Source of the DNA: Lama glama
Lineage: Eukaryota
Length of the DNA: 64,000 nucleotides
Reading direction: 5' to 3'
NCBI GenBank assembly: GCA_028534125.1
Contig: CM052816.1
Span: forward strand, 59,894,001 to 59,958,000
The translations under genes and the position numbers were made by a program. This document shows, one piece after another, positions 40,565 to 52,400 of the stretch (positions within the stretch are counted from its first letter, which is position 1; each line of letters begins with the position of its first letter). The notes under the pieces are model-generated. The model was not told the origin of the DNA, made no database searches, and worked only from the letters and a program-made list of their open reading frames with translations.

Positions 40565-40924
40565 CGCTAAATTAATTAAACAAGGAGGCCATTGGATTGA
40601 GATGGCTCTAATGCTTTAATGCAGCTCTAACGCTTGGCACCTACAAACTCAAATAAGCAAACTCAAATCTAAGCCTATAAATGCCTCAAGGTTATGAAAT
40701 CAAAATTTAAGGACAACTAATCACAAACAGCCAAGTAGGCTTTAAGCCATGGACAATCGATAATTTCCTTATTTTGCACCTACCTTTTCTCTGTAAAAGT
40801 CTCTCCTCAGCTCTCATCCCCACAGCATTTCTAAACACTTTAAAATTTGACACTGCTCAACTTGAATCAATGTGCTCAAATAAACTCTTAAATTTTTTAA
40901 TATGCCTTAGTTTATCTTTTAGCA
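40565..40924 (+). mobile_element. ERV1-type solo LTR (360 bp)
   Basis: Ends (c/t)g...ca; 4-bp TSD gact at 40561-40564 and 40925-40928; internal ctataaa and aataaa (40879-40884); 3' end 'gtttatcttttagca' resembles ERV1 LTR ends. Confidence 0.7.
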
Positions 40925-41059
40925 GACTTTTGTGGCTTAGATTCAGGAAGAAATGGGAGAGTAGGAGTTCAATAGGCAAGGGACACACAGTGGCAAAGGC
41001 TAAAGGAGCGCTGATTTCTTAAGCCTTTTTCAAAGGTTTAATATCTACTTTTCTCAGTC

Positions 41060-41425
41060 ATCTGGTAAGTGTATTTTAATTTTTCAGAAACTGCTAGACT
41101 ATTTTCCAAGGTGTCTCCTCCATTTTCTAGCACCAACAGCAATGAATGAGAATGCCAGTTACTCCACATTCTCAGACACATTTGTTACTCTGTTTGTTTG
41201 TTTTAGCCGCTCTGATGATATACAGTGGTATCTCACTGTGGTTCTCATTTACATTTTTCTAATGACTAATGATAATATCTTTTCATGTCTAAATTAACCA
41301 TTTGTAGAACTTCTTTTGTGATATTTCTGTTCAAATATGTGCTCATATTTAATTGGTTTGCTTAATTTACTAGTATTGAATTATAAGAGTTATTTCTATA
41401 TTCTGGGTACAAGTGCTTTGTTCAA
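41060..41425 (-). mobile_element. L1 (L1MB-like) ORF2 3' region
   Basis: 'caccaacagcaatgaatgagaatgccagttactccacattctc...gtggtatctcactgtggtt...ttctaatgactaatgat'. Confidence 0.85.
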
Positions 41426-41499
41426 AACTTCCACATGGTTCTTTTTTATATATCTGCTATTCCTCCCTGCATTGTTTGTTTTACTTTAAATTGTGGAAT

Positions 41500-42385
41500 A
41501 TTTAAAAGCTCTCTTAAAGTCTTCGTCTCCTAATTCCATCCTCTCTGTCATTGCTGGGTCTATCTATCATGACTGAATTTTCTCTCGGTTATTGGTTACA
41601 TATTTTTGCTTCTATTGATCTCTAACAATTTTGGGTTGGATGCTACATTATGAATGCTAGGAGTCTCTATTGAATGTCTTAGGTGTCCACTGAGTCCCTC
41701 CTTCCTGGTTGATTAAAACTAGAATGTCTTTCAGCCCAATATGACCTCTTGGAATTGTTTGGCCTATAGCTCCTTGGTCATTCTTTTACTCCTAAAGTTT
41801 CACCCTGTACATGTACAGTTTAGTTTTCATTCAAAAACTCAAGAGTCGAGGGGGAGGGTATAGCTCAAGTGGTAGAGCACATGCTTAGCATGCACAAGGT
41901 CCTGGGTTCTAATCCCCAGTCCCTCCTCTAAAAAGTAAATAAACCTAATTACCTCCCCCGACCCACCAAAATAAAATAACTAAATAATACAATAATAAAC
42001 AAAAACTCAAGAGTCACCCACTTTCCATCCCCACTCCCATGCAGAGTCCTGGAGCTCTTTCTCTGAGAATCTTCCCCTCTTCTGGTACTCCACTCCATCA
42101 CCTCTAGCTGCCTCCATTTCCATGAACCCTATATCTGTCACCTCAATGTGGTAAAGCCACCAGTGCTTTGTTTGAGTTCCCTCTCTCAGGGCCAAGATCC
42201 ATTGAACACCTATGGGCAGAAAGCTGAGTCAGTCCAGGCTCACCTTGTTTGCTGCTGTTCTCTTCTGGGACACAGACCTGACTGACTATTGTCTGATGTC
42301 TGAAACCAGCTGCTTTGTATTTTTCCCAAGTTCCTACTTGTTTACAGTGGGAGAGAAAGTTCCTTAGTAGTTACTCTGCCATGAC
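41500..42385 (-). mobile_element. Old L1 5' region, interrupted by a SINE
   Basis: 'taattccatcctctctgtcattgctgggtcta', 'ggcagaaagctgagtcagtccaggctcaccttgtttg', 'tctgaaaccagctgctttgtattttt'. Confidence 0.65.
41848..41999 (+). mobile_element. tRNA-derived SINE (camelid Vic-1-like) with a 16-bp TSD
   Basis: 'ggggagggtatagctcaagtggtagagcacatgcttagcatgcacaaggtcctgggttctaatcccca' carries Pol III A and B boxes; A-rich tail; TSD caaaaactcaagagtc at 41832-41847 and 42000-42015. Confidence 0.9.
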
Positions 42386-43449
42386 CAGAAGCACACTTGT
42401 CCTAGATGAATATTTCTCTGAATGGATGTATAATGGGAGGGTCACTGAGAAAAGAAATTGGAGCAACTGTGGCATACGAGGGCTCTGGATGCAAGAAAAC
42501 AGAGAACATGAAGGAGTTCGTGAGTATATGCTCCCTCCAAATAAAGGACTCTTATAGACTGTGTACATTTGCCTGTGACATCTATCTGGAACTGTCCATG
42601 TAAATCATGACTTTATAAGCATTACATATAATGGCAGTATACATGCAAGTATAAAAATAATGAGATATTGACTATAAATGCTTTAGGAGACCAGAAATGA
42701 GAGAAATAAATGGACTGGGAAAATCAAGGATATTTATTTAGTGAAGGTTAGGCTTGAACTTAACCCTGAAAGAGTGACAGGATTGAGAAAAAAGTGCAAA
42801 TGGGCTTATGAAGAAAACTTTCAAGTGTTCCAGCCGCCTGCAACAGAGAAAAGGATTACATATTCACTCAGTTTATGAGGTATCTGTTAGTCCCTTGAAA
42901 CCAACAGTACAAATGGTTATCGATATCATTATTAATCCATGTGTGTGGGGTAAAAGTCAGGTAGCACTCCTCCCCAAAAATTCAACGGCCGTAATCAGAA
43001 CAATTCTGTTACTGAACTGAGCAGAATCTAACCTATAAAGGCAGTGAGTGTCACATGTTTCAAACATAGCCTTTACCCAGTTAAACTTGCCTGATCAGCC
43101 CAAGGACTATATTCAATGATACTACTTTATACTTAGATCTGCTATTTTAATAAGACACCAACAGGTTTAGCAGATGTTGCATTGAACAAGTAAGTATGTT
43201 CCAGGCAATAAATCTGCAGACATTTAGGACAGCACTAAAAAATGTGCTTCATTCTTTCCAATGTAACCACACAAGTAATATTTTATGACTAATTACAGAT
43301 GTATACAAATATCCATAATCTATTGGAAGTAGAGTCTCCATGTGGTATGATTTGCAAAGACTCTACACATCTCATGTACTATATAATTGAGAGAACATTT
43401 CAGCACTGTGAACATTCTTTCTTTCACATTATTAGAGAGTTATGTGACT

Positions 43450-43640
43450 TGGTGAAAAAATCACCACCTATTCTGGTCACATCTGGGTCACAAATTGAAT
43501 ATACTAGCTTGAGAATGTCACTTGATACCTCTCTATGCCTGAGTTTCTCCATTTCTAAACTGAATTATTATCTAAACTACTAAACAACTTGGTGGAGTGA
43601 AGAAAGTTGTTCTGACAAAGCAAATACTCAATATATATTT
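43450..43640 (+). mobile_element. MIR, degraded
   Basis: 'gtcacttgatacctctctatgcctgagtttctccatttctaaa'. Confidence 0.65.
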
Positions 43641-44702
43641 TAAAATTTTATAACATAATCTGGAATTATTGCTGCACAAATTTCCCCCATGGATGCTAGA
43701 ATGAAAAGTTAAAGCTGAAGACAGAAGCAAATATGGCATTAAATTACTTCAATGCTTAAGACAAATAAAAGTCATCAATCATTCTCATTTTTATCCCCTC
43801 TCCTAGCAAAATAAAATCTTACAGCTTATAAGATAGCAATAAAATTATACAGGGAAGCTGTATGAGTGAGATAATTGAGTCTAATATTAAAGATGAGGAC
43901 TATAAAACACATGGCTAAAGAAAGATATTTATTGCAAAAGAAAAAGAAAAATCCATTCCTCGACTCAGCTTGGCTTTAATTCTTCATAGTAGTTAAGCCA
44001 ATCAATCTAACGAGACTATCTAGTAGTTAAAAGGTAAAGCCATAATTAATTGGATATAAATAGAAAAGTTAATATACTATATAATACTTCTAGTTAATAA
44101 ATGAAAACAGGGTATTCATTTTGAGCAGTATCACCATTGTTTCCCTCAATCTCCAACACAGTAGTAGAATATTATAGGTGTTCAATAAATAGTGGATAAA
44201 TAAATACATACACCGCGGTGAGAATTTCTTACAAGATCAGTTATAGAAAAATAAACAAATTCAAGAAATTAATAACCCACATTGGGAAAACATGTAACTT
44301 AGTAAAAAGTTATTTTCAAGTACTCCAACATAATCATTGCTTTAGTCCTATACATTTTCTTTGTCCCAACTACTGAAAACCAAAAGAGGAAGGTAAAGCT
44401 TTCCTTTATATGGCTCAATTTAATCCACAAAATGAGAATCCACAAAATAAGGAAATAATTTGTGAAATGAGACTAAGGTTTCCAAGATTATTTCTTGTGG
44501 CCCTATAGGTAATTACTTTATACATCATCCTATACTTCACACACTAGCAGTGTTGGGCAGTTAGTGTGTGAATTAACGTACTTTCATTACTCCCAGCCCT
44601 GAGCACTGAAATTCTAAGGTATAGCCAATCTGCTTGAATATTCAGTTCCACAGCTCTCCTTAAAACAATGCCCTAAAACAATACCTTAAAACAATATGTC
44701 TA

Positions 44703-44795
44703 TTTTATATATAGTAGTTAGTATCTGCAAATCTCAAACTCCCAATTTATCCCTTCCCACTCTGGTAACCATAAAGTTAAAAAAAAAAAAACAGA
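44703..44795. mobile_element. Minimal 5'-inverted (twin-primed) L1 insertion
   Basis: Antisense L1 3'UTR piece 44703-44778, then sense poly(A); TSD aaaacaatatgtcta (44688-44702) / aaaacagtatgtcta (44796-44810). Confidence 0.85.
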
Positions 44796-46649
44796 AAAAC
44801 AGTATGTCTAAATTTCCTTAAGCCTATATTCGCAAGGTATATTCTCAGAGTATATTGAAAAGATAGTCTCTAATGTCAAGTGGAGCCATGAAGCAGCAGT
44901 GGGCTCATCTAATTATGGCTGGTGTCCATCTGAAGAGAGGTTGGGGCAGTTACCCAACCACTTAGCTCTCCACATGATCATCTTTCATTACCACAAACCA
45001 GACACTTCTCTTTGTGTTGTAGTCTCCATGGTGGCAAGACAGAATCAATAATAATGAGTTCAGCGTAAGATTTATTCACAATAAAGAAAAAAAATAGTCT
45101 ACCAAGTGTTTTGTGTAAACAGTTTATCATTTGTATTCTGAGACCCTGTCCTCATTGGAATCATGTGGCTCCCAGTGCCATGTTCCTTTTGCGTTCTTTC
45201 CATATGGGCTGCTTTTTCTGTTTAATGTCTGGATGTGCTTGGTCCAAGGTTTCACAATTTCCAGCCACTGGTTTTTGTTTTTTGGTTTTTTTTTTTTTTG
45301 GTTTAAGAGAAAATTTTCCTATTCTCATAATCATGCATTTTTTTTCTTTTTAAAAAAGTGAGGTTTTTGGTTGTCATTTCAATATTAAGTGCTCATTTGA
45401 AAGTCAGGAGACAAGTTCCAGATACTGTGTTAGATGGTATTTAATCACTGCTCTGGGTTCAGTTTCTATTAACATCAAAATGAGGATGCAATCTTGGGGC
45501 AGTGTCTCCAAATGCAGCCTTATGGGCAAGAACATCCACATCAGAAACAACTTAAGGGGCTCAGTGAGAATGGAGTAGGTACCATTGCAGGCCTCACTAA
45601 ACAGGAATATTTAGTTTGAGATAATTTTAATAAGCACCTCTGCTATAGTCATCCATGAAGTCTGAGAGTCACATCTCCAAGATCAGCAATTGATAACCTC
45701 CAGGCTTCAGGGGCTTCTAAGAAGAAATTCAAGCTTTGTCACTATTCCTAAGTAACAGCTCTAAGGAAGATATCCTTAGTGGGGCCAGTTCTGCCTTACA
45801 CAACACTTTCTCTCAGAATACATTAGGCAGAGCCACAGTAAGCACCTCTCTGACATGCAGTGAGCCACAGTGGAGGTAGGTATCCACAGCAGCAAGCAGA
45901 GTAGAAACAAGGCCTAGGCGTTCTCCTGGTCTACCATGTAGCAGCTTTCCCCAGGTGCTGATTACAAAAAGCATAATGAGAATGTGTGGTCTCAGATAAA
46001 CCCAAATCCCACCAACTAGAAGTTAATCTAATTAGTTATCAGGATAGAGTCACTTGTTCTTACATTTTAGGAGTTTATAGAAAGCATTCCCGATGCCAAC
46101 TCAATACAAAGGTGGTTATTAAATCCCGGCCCTGAAGACCATCTGATTTTTAACTTTTTAACCTTCAGTTAAAGAGCTTCCCAAAATTTCTTTTCTTTCT
46201 GTCTAGAAAGTAGAATGTACCTTTTAGACACTCTTTAGCCTATCCAAGATACGTAATAAGAAGCATGGAATGTTAGAACATCAATTCAGTTTCTACAAAC
46301 AGGAAAAGGATTGCATGATTTGGTCAAAATCCCCTTTCAACAGGACCAGACAGAGCAGCTTTCACTAAATTTAACACAGCGTATTTTCACTCCATTACAA
46401 ACTTGTCACTCATATCTGTAAACAGTGGGGCTTTATACCTGTCAAAGAGTCTTTTATATTGTTTAAGAAAATATTAGTTATATAACCACATCATATCATA
46501 TATATCACAAATAACTTTATGAAAAGTTTCATCTGAATTTCTGACAACATTCTTTAAAGACAAAAGAATTCTTACCATCTTCCCCAGAGGAAAATGTACC
46601 CCATCTCGTGAAGAACCATAAAGAAAAAGGGCTGCATGACACATTTGGT

Positions 46650-46865
46650 CATATAAATAGATAAATAACAAGGTCCTACTGTACAGCACAGGAAACTATA
46701 TTCAATACCTTGTAATAGCCTATTATGAAAAAGAATAAATATATATAATTTTTTTGTATAACTGAATCACTATGCTTTATACCAGAAATTAATACTACAT
46801 TGTAAATCAACTACATTTTAAATAAATAAATAAACAAACAAATAAGAAAGCAAAGCAAAAAAAAT
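46650..46865 (+). mobile_element. Young-family L1 3'UTR fragment with a (TAAA)/(CAAA) tail
   Basis: 'atagataaataacaaggtcctactgtacagcacaggaaactatattcaataccttgtaatagccta' is nearly identical to 49856-49923. Confidence 0.9.
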
Positions 46866-46869
46866 AAGT

Positions 46870-47235
46870 TAATGGAAGGTAACTGCAGTGGAGTAGTATG
46901 AAGGAGTTCCATTTTAGTGATAGAACAGTTCTGTATCTTGGGTGTGGTGGTGGTTACAGAAATCTATACACAGGATAACATTTCTTAGAAATATATATGT
47001 ACAAAGTGAATACTTGTTAAAAACTGGTGAAATTTTGAATAAGATTTGTAGTCTACTTAACTGTCTTACACCAATATCCATTTTCTGGTTTTGATAATGG
47101 ACTAAAGAGTTATGTAAGATGTTACCATGGGGGTGGGGTGGGTAGCTGAGTGAAGGACACATGAGACCTCTCTGTATTATTTTCTGCAACTTCTTGTCAG
47201 TCTATAACTAGTTTAAACTAAAAAATAAAAAGTTA
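46870..47235 (+). mobile_element. Old L1 (L1MB/MC-like) 3' end
   Basis: 'gtgatagaacagttctgtatcttg...gtggtggttaca', 'gttatgtaagatgttaccat', 'tctctgtattattttctgcaacttctt'. Confidence 0.8.
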
Positions 47236-49336
47236 GTGGAAAGGTTAAGAGTTCAGCCCGTTATTTATTCTTCTTCATACATACTGATGGCTGATGTTTT
47301 ACCCACACACATTATCTGTGCAGAATACAACTCATTTAATTTGAAAAATTCAACAGGGATCAGGGTCAGCTTCACTTATCATTCATCGCCCTTTAAAACT
47401 CAAGCTAAATTCTACAGAACATAAGTAAGCCAAAGGTGAAATTCAAGCAGGTGTGTCAGCTGACCTCTAAATACAGATTTCTCAGACTTTGAAAAACTGT
47501 TGAGAGATTTACTGCCCAGGCCTCAGCCATTTAGTCACTTGAGGGAGTTGTCTCTCTTTTAACCCTTCTCTGAACACTCTTGCCTTTTCTTCTCCACATC
47601 TTCCTATCTCCTCTCACCATTCTACTTGCTAAAAATAATCAAATTCTTCTTGGAAGTTCCTGGGTTTTTCTCCAGAATTTGGATCTTAGACATCCTCCAT
47701 GGAGCATCATGGATGGTCTCAAGAATCTGAGATGTGATTTCTTATAAATGTGTCCTTCTACACTTGAGAGAGCTTGAGGAGCACATGTCTGCTCTGTTCA
47801 CTCTACTGAAATGACTGTGGAGAAAGTGATCAAGTCTTAATTGCTTGATCACTACTTGAGGACACTCCAGAAATCCCAGCTTTACGTCAGCCTATTACAG
47901 CAATGAACTCTGAACAAAACCAGGATTGGTAACATGGAAGTGTTCTGGGGGCAGGGGAAAGGCAAAGAATAAGAATGTATGTAAAAAAAAAAATTAGACA
48001 TGAGTGGGAAAGAGGAAAGCCTGTATATTAAGAGAAGATCTATCATCTCTCTCAGCCTCAGTTTCCTCATCTATAAAATGGGAATTTTGGCTGGAAAGCC
48101 CAGTATAATAATATTGTTACTTGGACCACTCTAATAAAGCAAGCACATAATCCAAAAAGCAGAAAAAATCACCTCTCTGCATGCAGCTCATTTTGTAGAT
48201 CAAAAATAAACAGATCCCTGTATTATACCTTGAAGAATTCAAATACAGGGAGCAAGAAGAGATTTCAGAAATAATTTTCTCCTTGATTCTATTCATAATT
48301 AAACTGCAGTCATCAGATCATATGTGATTCTATTCCTGTACACAATCACCAATCTGTTTCCTAGAGCTTTTTCTGAGTGAGACGTGGAATAAAGAGAAAT
48401 TATCTGCAGCTCATGGTCCATCCTTGTGAACAACCCACACTGGGAATTGAAAAAAATAAAAAATAAAAACTGTACTGCAGGCTCCAGAACTGCCTTGTTC
48501 ACTGAGCTGGGGAAAAAACATTTTCCTATCTTGGTCTGCCTTTATCCTGCAGGATTTATTGCCTGTGGAGGCCTCTGGATCACCCCAGTTTATATAAACA
48601 GGAAACACAATTCTAAGCAAAGACGAAAAGGAAGAGAAAGCTGGAGCAAAGTAAGCACTATAGGTACAATGCACAATGAAAAATTAACATATGGCTAAAT
48701 TTCCTTCCCCCAAGATTATACAATTCTGGACTTCCAAAGAGCAGGAGATTGTATACAGTTGATGCAAATCAGGTGCCACAGAGTCTCAGATAGGAAGTTC
48801 ATAAGTCCAAAGTTAAACGTGGTGGAGATGCCCTGTTGCAGACACTAGAAATAAAATTTCAATCTGCCTGGGTCACGTCCTCTCATGATACGTAGGCCCT
48901 GTAAATACTGAAGTGATAGGGAAATGGAATTACCACCTGACACAAGCCAAAATGCATTTAGGAAGTGAGAAATGAGATAGAATTGAATGATACAGTAAAT
49001 TGTGATACTGCTGGAGTTTGTACAGTAACAGTGTAGAAAGTCAAGTCTAAGCTTTCACAGAGAACAATTTCCAAAATAATGAAAACTTGCAGTTAAGTAG
49101 GACAATATATCTCTCTATATATGGTGTTATATTTTATCTTTAATATATACAATGCATAATTAAAACTTTAAATACTTTTAGTGTTCTCAAACTTCAGTTT
49201 ATCTGCTGCTACAAACAGTTACATCAAGAGGTCATAGATCATACAAGTATTCTAACAGTGCACTGGTGGCAAAAGCTACCCTTCTACCCGCTGGGCCTTC
49301 CAGTGACAAGCTATTGCCTTAAAATTGTGCCATGGT

Positions 49337-50090
49337 GCAGCCATTATGGAAAACAGCATGGAGATTCCTTAAAAAACTAAAATAGACTTACCACACGATC
49401 CAGCAATCCCACTCCTACATATATCCAGAGGGAACTCAAATTCAAAAAAATACATGCACCCCAATGTTCAAAGCAGCACTATTTACAATAGCCAAGACAT
49501 GGAAATAACCTAAATATCCATCAACAGATAACTACATAAATAAGTTGTGGTATACTTATACAAATGGAACACTATTCAACCATAAAAATAATAAAATAAT
49601 GCTATTTGCAGCAACATGGATGGTCCTGGAGATTGTCATACTAAGTGAAGTAAGCCAGAAAGAGAAAGAAAAATACTATATGATATAACTTATATGTGGA
49701 ATCTTTAAAAATGACACAAATGAACTTATTTACAAAAAAAAAAAAAGACTCACAGACATATAAAACAAACTTACAGTAACCAGGGGAGAACGGGACAGGT
49801 GGAGGGATAAACTCAGAATTCAGAATTTGCAGATACTAACTACTATATATATAAAATAGATAAACAACAAGGTCCTACTGTATATAGCACAGGGAACTAT
49901 ATTCAATACCTTGTAATAGCCTATAATAATAAATTTGAAAAGTAATTATATATTATAATATATATAATAAATATGTATATATATATATATATATATATAA
50001 TAAATATATATATATAAAACTAACTGATTCATGATGCTATATACCGGAAATTAACACAACATTGTAAACAGACTATACTTCAATTTTTTT
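49337..50090 (+). mobile_element. Lineage-specific L1, 5'-truncated (ORF2 C-terminus plus 3'UTR), with internal (TA)n
   Basis: 'gatccagcaatcccactcc', 'tacatgcaccccaatgttcaaagcagcactatttacaatagccaagacatgga'; TSD aaattgtg(c/g)catggt at 49322-49336 and 50091-50105. Confidence 0.92.
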
Positions 50091-50289
50091 AAATTGTGGC
50101 ATGGTTTTGGGTTTGTTTTTATTTATATATATATAATATATATATATATATGATTTAAGCTGGTCTCTGGAATCTATTTACAGTGTAGAAAATGCTATTT
50201 GTAAAAACTTCAGTAAGTGGGGACAGGCAGTAGGGGTCGCATAGAGATAATAACAAATAAGAGAGAAATAATTCCTAATTGAGGTGCCA

Positions 50290-52400
50290 CACTTTTGTAG
50301 TGGACAGAGAAATAAACAGAACCTGAAGACATGTGCGCGAGGTGCTTTGGAGCCTATCATGCTGGGGAAAGTTTAGGAAAGGCTTTCTGGAAAGAGTGAT
50401 CTGAGCCACAGAGGAAGTTGAACAGAGGGACAGCTTTTATCAAATCACAAAGTAAAGAGCATGGGGCATTGTAACAGAAACAAGAAGTGCACGACATTGC
50501 TAGGGTTGAGTGATGATGCTACAAAGTGGGTAGTGGTCACATCAACATGGGCCTTACATATCCTATTAAGAATTTTGAACTTCATCCTGAAAGGTATAGG
50601 AGGCTTACAAGGATTTCAAGCAAGGGAGTAACCTGTTCAGATTTTCCTTTTAGAAAAATCATTCTGCTAATCATATGATAGAAGAATTAAATGCCAGTGA
50701 GACCAGTTAGGAACCTGCTGCAGGGGAATGATGAGAGCCTGAACTAAGACATCAACAAAAGAAATGGAAGGATAAGCATGAAACTGGCAGCCATTGAAGT
50801 AGCAGAATCAGCAGGATCTGGAGATGGCCGAGATGCAATGAGGAGAGGGAAAAGAGGGACTTGCGTGTTCCCAGGCTTCATGAACAGATGGACAGTGGCA
50901 TCAATCACAAATAATGAATGAGAAGGATTTGAAGAGTAATAACTTAGCTTAAGGCATATTTGATTGGGAGGTGTCCATAGATCCTCCAAAATGTGTAATT
51001 TGTAGTAATTAGGGGCTCCAGTAAAGAATCTCAGTTGGAGATGCAGGCTTAGATGATCATAATATCTATGATCAAAGCTGTGAGTGTGGCTGAGGTCACT
51101 AAATGAGAGGGTATGGTGTGAGGAGAGAGAGGAAAGAGAATTTAACACTGGGAAACACATCCATTAGAACAGTGAATAAGTGGGGAAGGTTTCCATAAAG
51201 ACATCTGAGAAGCAGCAGCAAGACACAGGAGCCAAGTGTCATACAACCAAAAGCAGGAGAGCATTAAGAAGGTGAGAATAATCAACAGACAAGATGGAGG
51301 CAACTATATGGAAAATTTCCCACTGAATTTAACAAATTTGGGATATTGGCAAGAGTAATTTCGAAAGACAACAGAAGGAGTTTAGGTTGAAACTATGAAA
51401 GCTTTGGAGAAGCTTACATACTGAGAGTGAAGACCATTAGAAATGAAATAACTGAAGATCTAGAAGAGAGAAGGGACCCTTGATAAAGTAGAGTTCACAG
51501 AATGAGTGTGTGTTGGGGGGGAGTTGGAGAGGACTGTCAGCAAAGAGGTTGATAACACAGTTGAAAAGACTGGTCCTGAACAAATGACTGAATACCTCTT
51601 TCACTGAGTTAGTGATGAAGGAGAGGCAAGTTACAGAAGGTTGAGAGGTATGTCTTTAAGATGGCTTCTACATTCTCCATGAAAAAAAAAAAAAGGCAAG
51701 GTTATCAGTTGCCAGTGAATGGGGAGGAAGGGAGATAAGGAAAAGGAGACTAGCATGAAAATTGCATTCATCCAATGAACATTTATTCAGTGTCTGCAAT
51801 GTGCCAGGCAGGACCAGATGCTGAATTCAAGTTGCTTACAGGTGCCGCAGATGCACGGCAGGAGAAAACTCCAGAACAGCTGCCAGAAACAACCTAAGTG
51901 AGAGTTGGCTGGTGACAGACTGAAGGGTCATCACAACCAGACTGGAGACTGTGCCTGGCTGACAGCATCAATGGATCCAGCATCCACTGTAATGGGGTGA
52001 GATTTTTCTCTCGCAGTGCTCAGAAGTCTGGGTGTAGAAGTAAAATGTAGATGTTTAAATGGATCCAGAGTTAGGATACTGTGAGGAGAGTGCAGCAGAA
52101 AGGCAAGGGGGAAATTGAGTGTTGGTGAGAGAATTAGAGAATGGAGTGTTGGTAAGACAGGGAGATACTTAGATATATTTGAGGAAGAAACAGCTTCTAA
52201 AATGCTAATAGACCTGGATCCAACAGAGCATTCAAAGTGCTGAAGGCCTCAGGGAACTTAAAGGTTAGAAGGTTTGAGGAGTCCAAAAAGAAAGATTCCT
52301 AAACAAAGAGAAGGGCTTTTTCAAAGCATGAGATAGCAGCTACAATTTCAAAAGATAAATTCTTCTGAAATGTGGCCATGGGAGTGAGTTGCTTAAAGTA
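50290..52400 (-). mobile_element. L2 fragments
   Basis: Purine-rich antisense L2 motifs ('ggatttcaagcaagggagtaacctgttcagatttt', 'gagaccagttaggaacctgctgcag', 'cattcatccaatgaacatttattcagtgtctgcaatgtgccaggca'); probably more than one copy. Confidence 0.7.

Noticed and set aside
41851..41925. tRNA-like sequence
   Set aside because: It is the head of a SINE with a tail and TSD, not a tRNA gene
45500..45675. Possible MER5-like DNA transposon
   Set aside because: Too decayed to call; termini are not clear
50744..51160. 138-aa minus-strand ORF
   Set aside because: Lies within decayed L2 sequence
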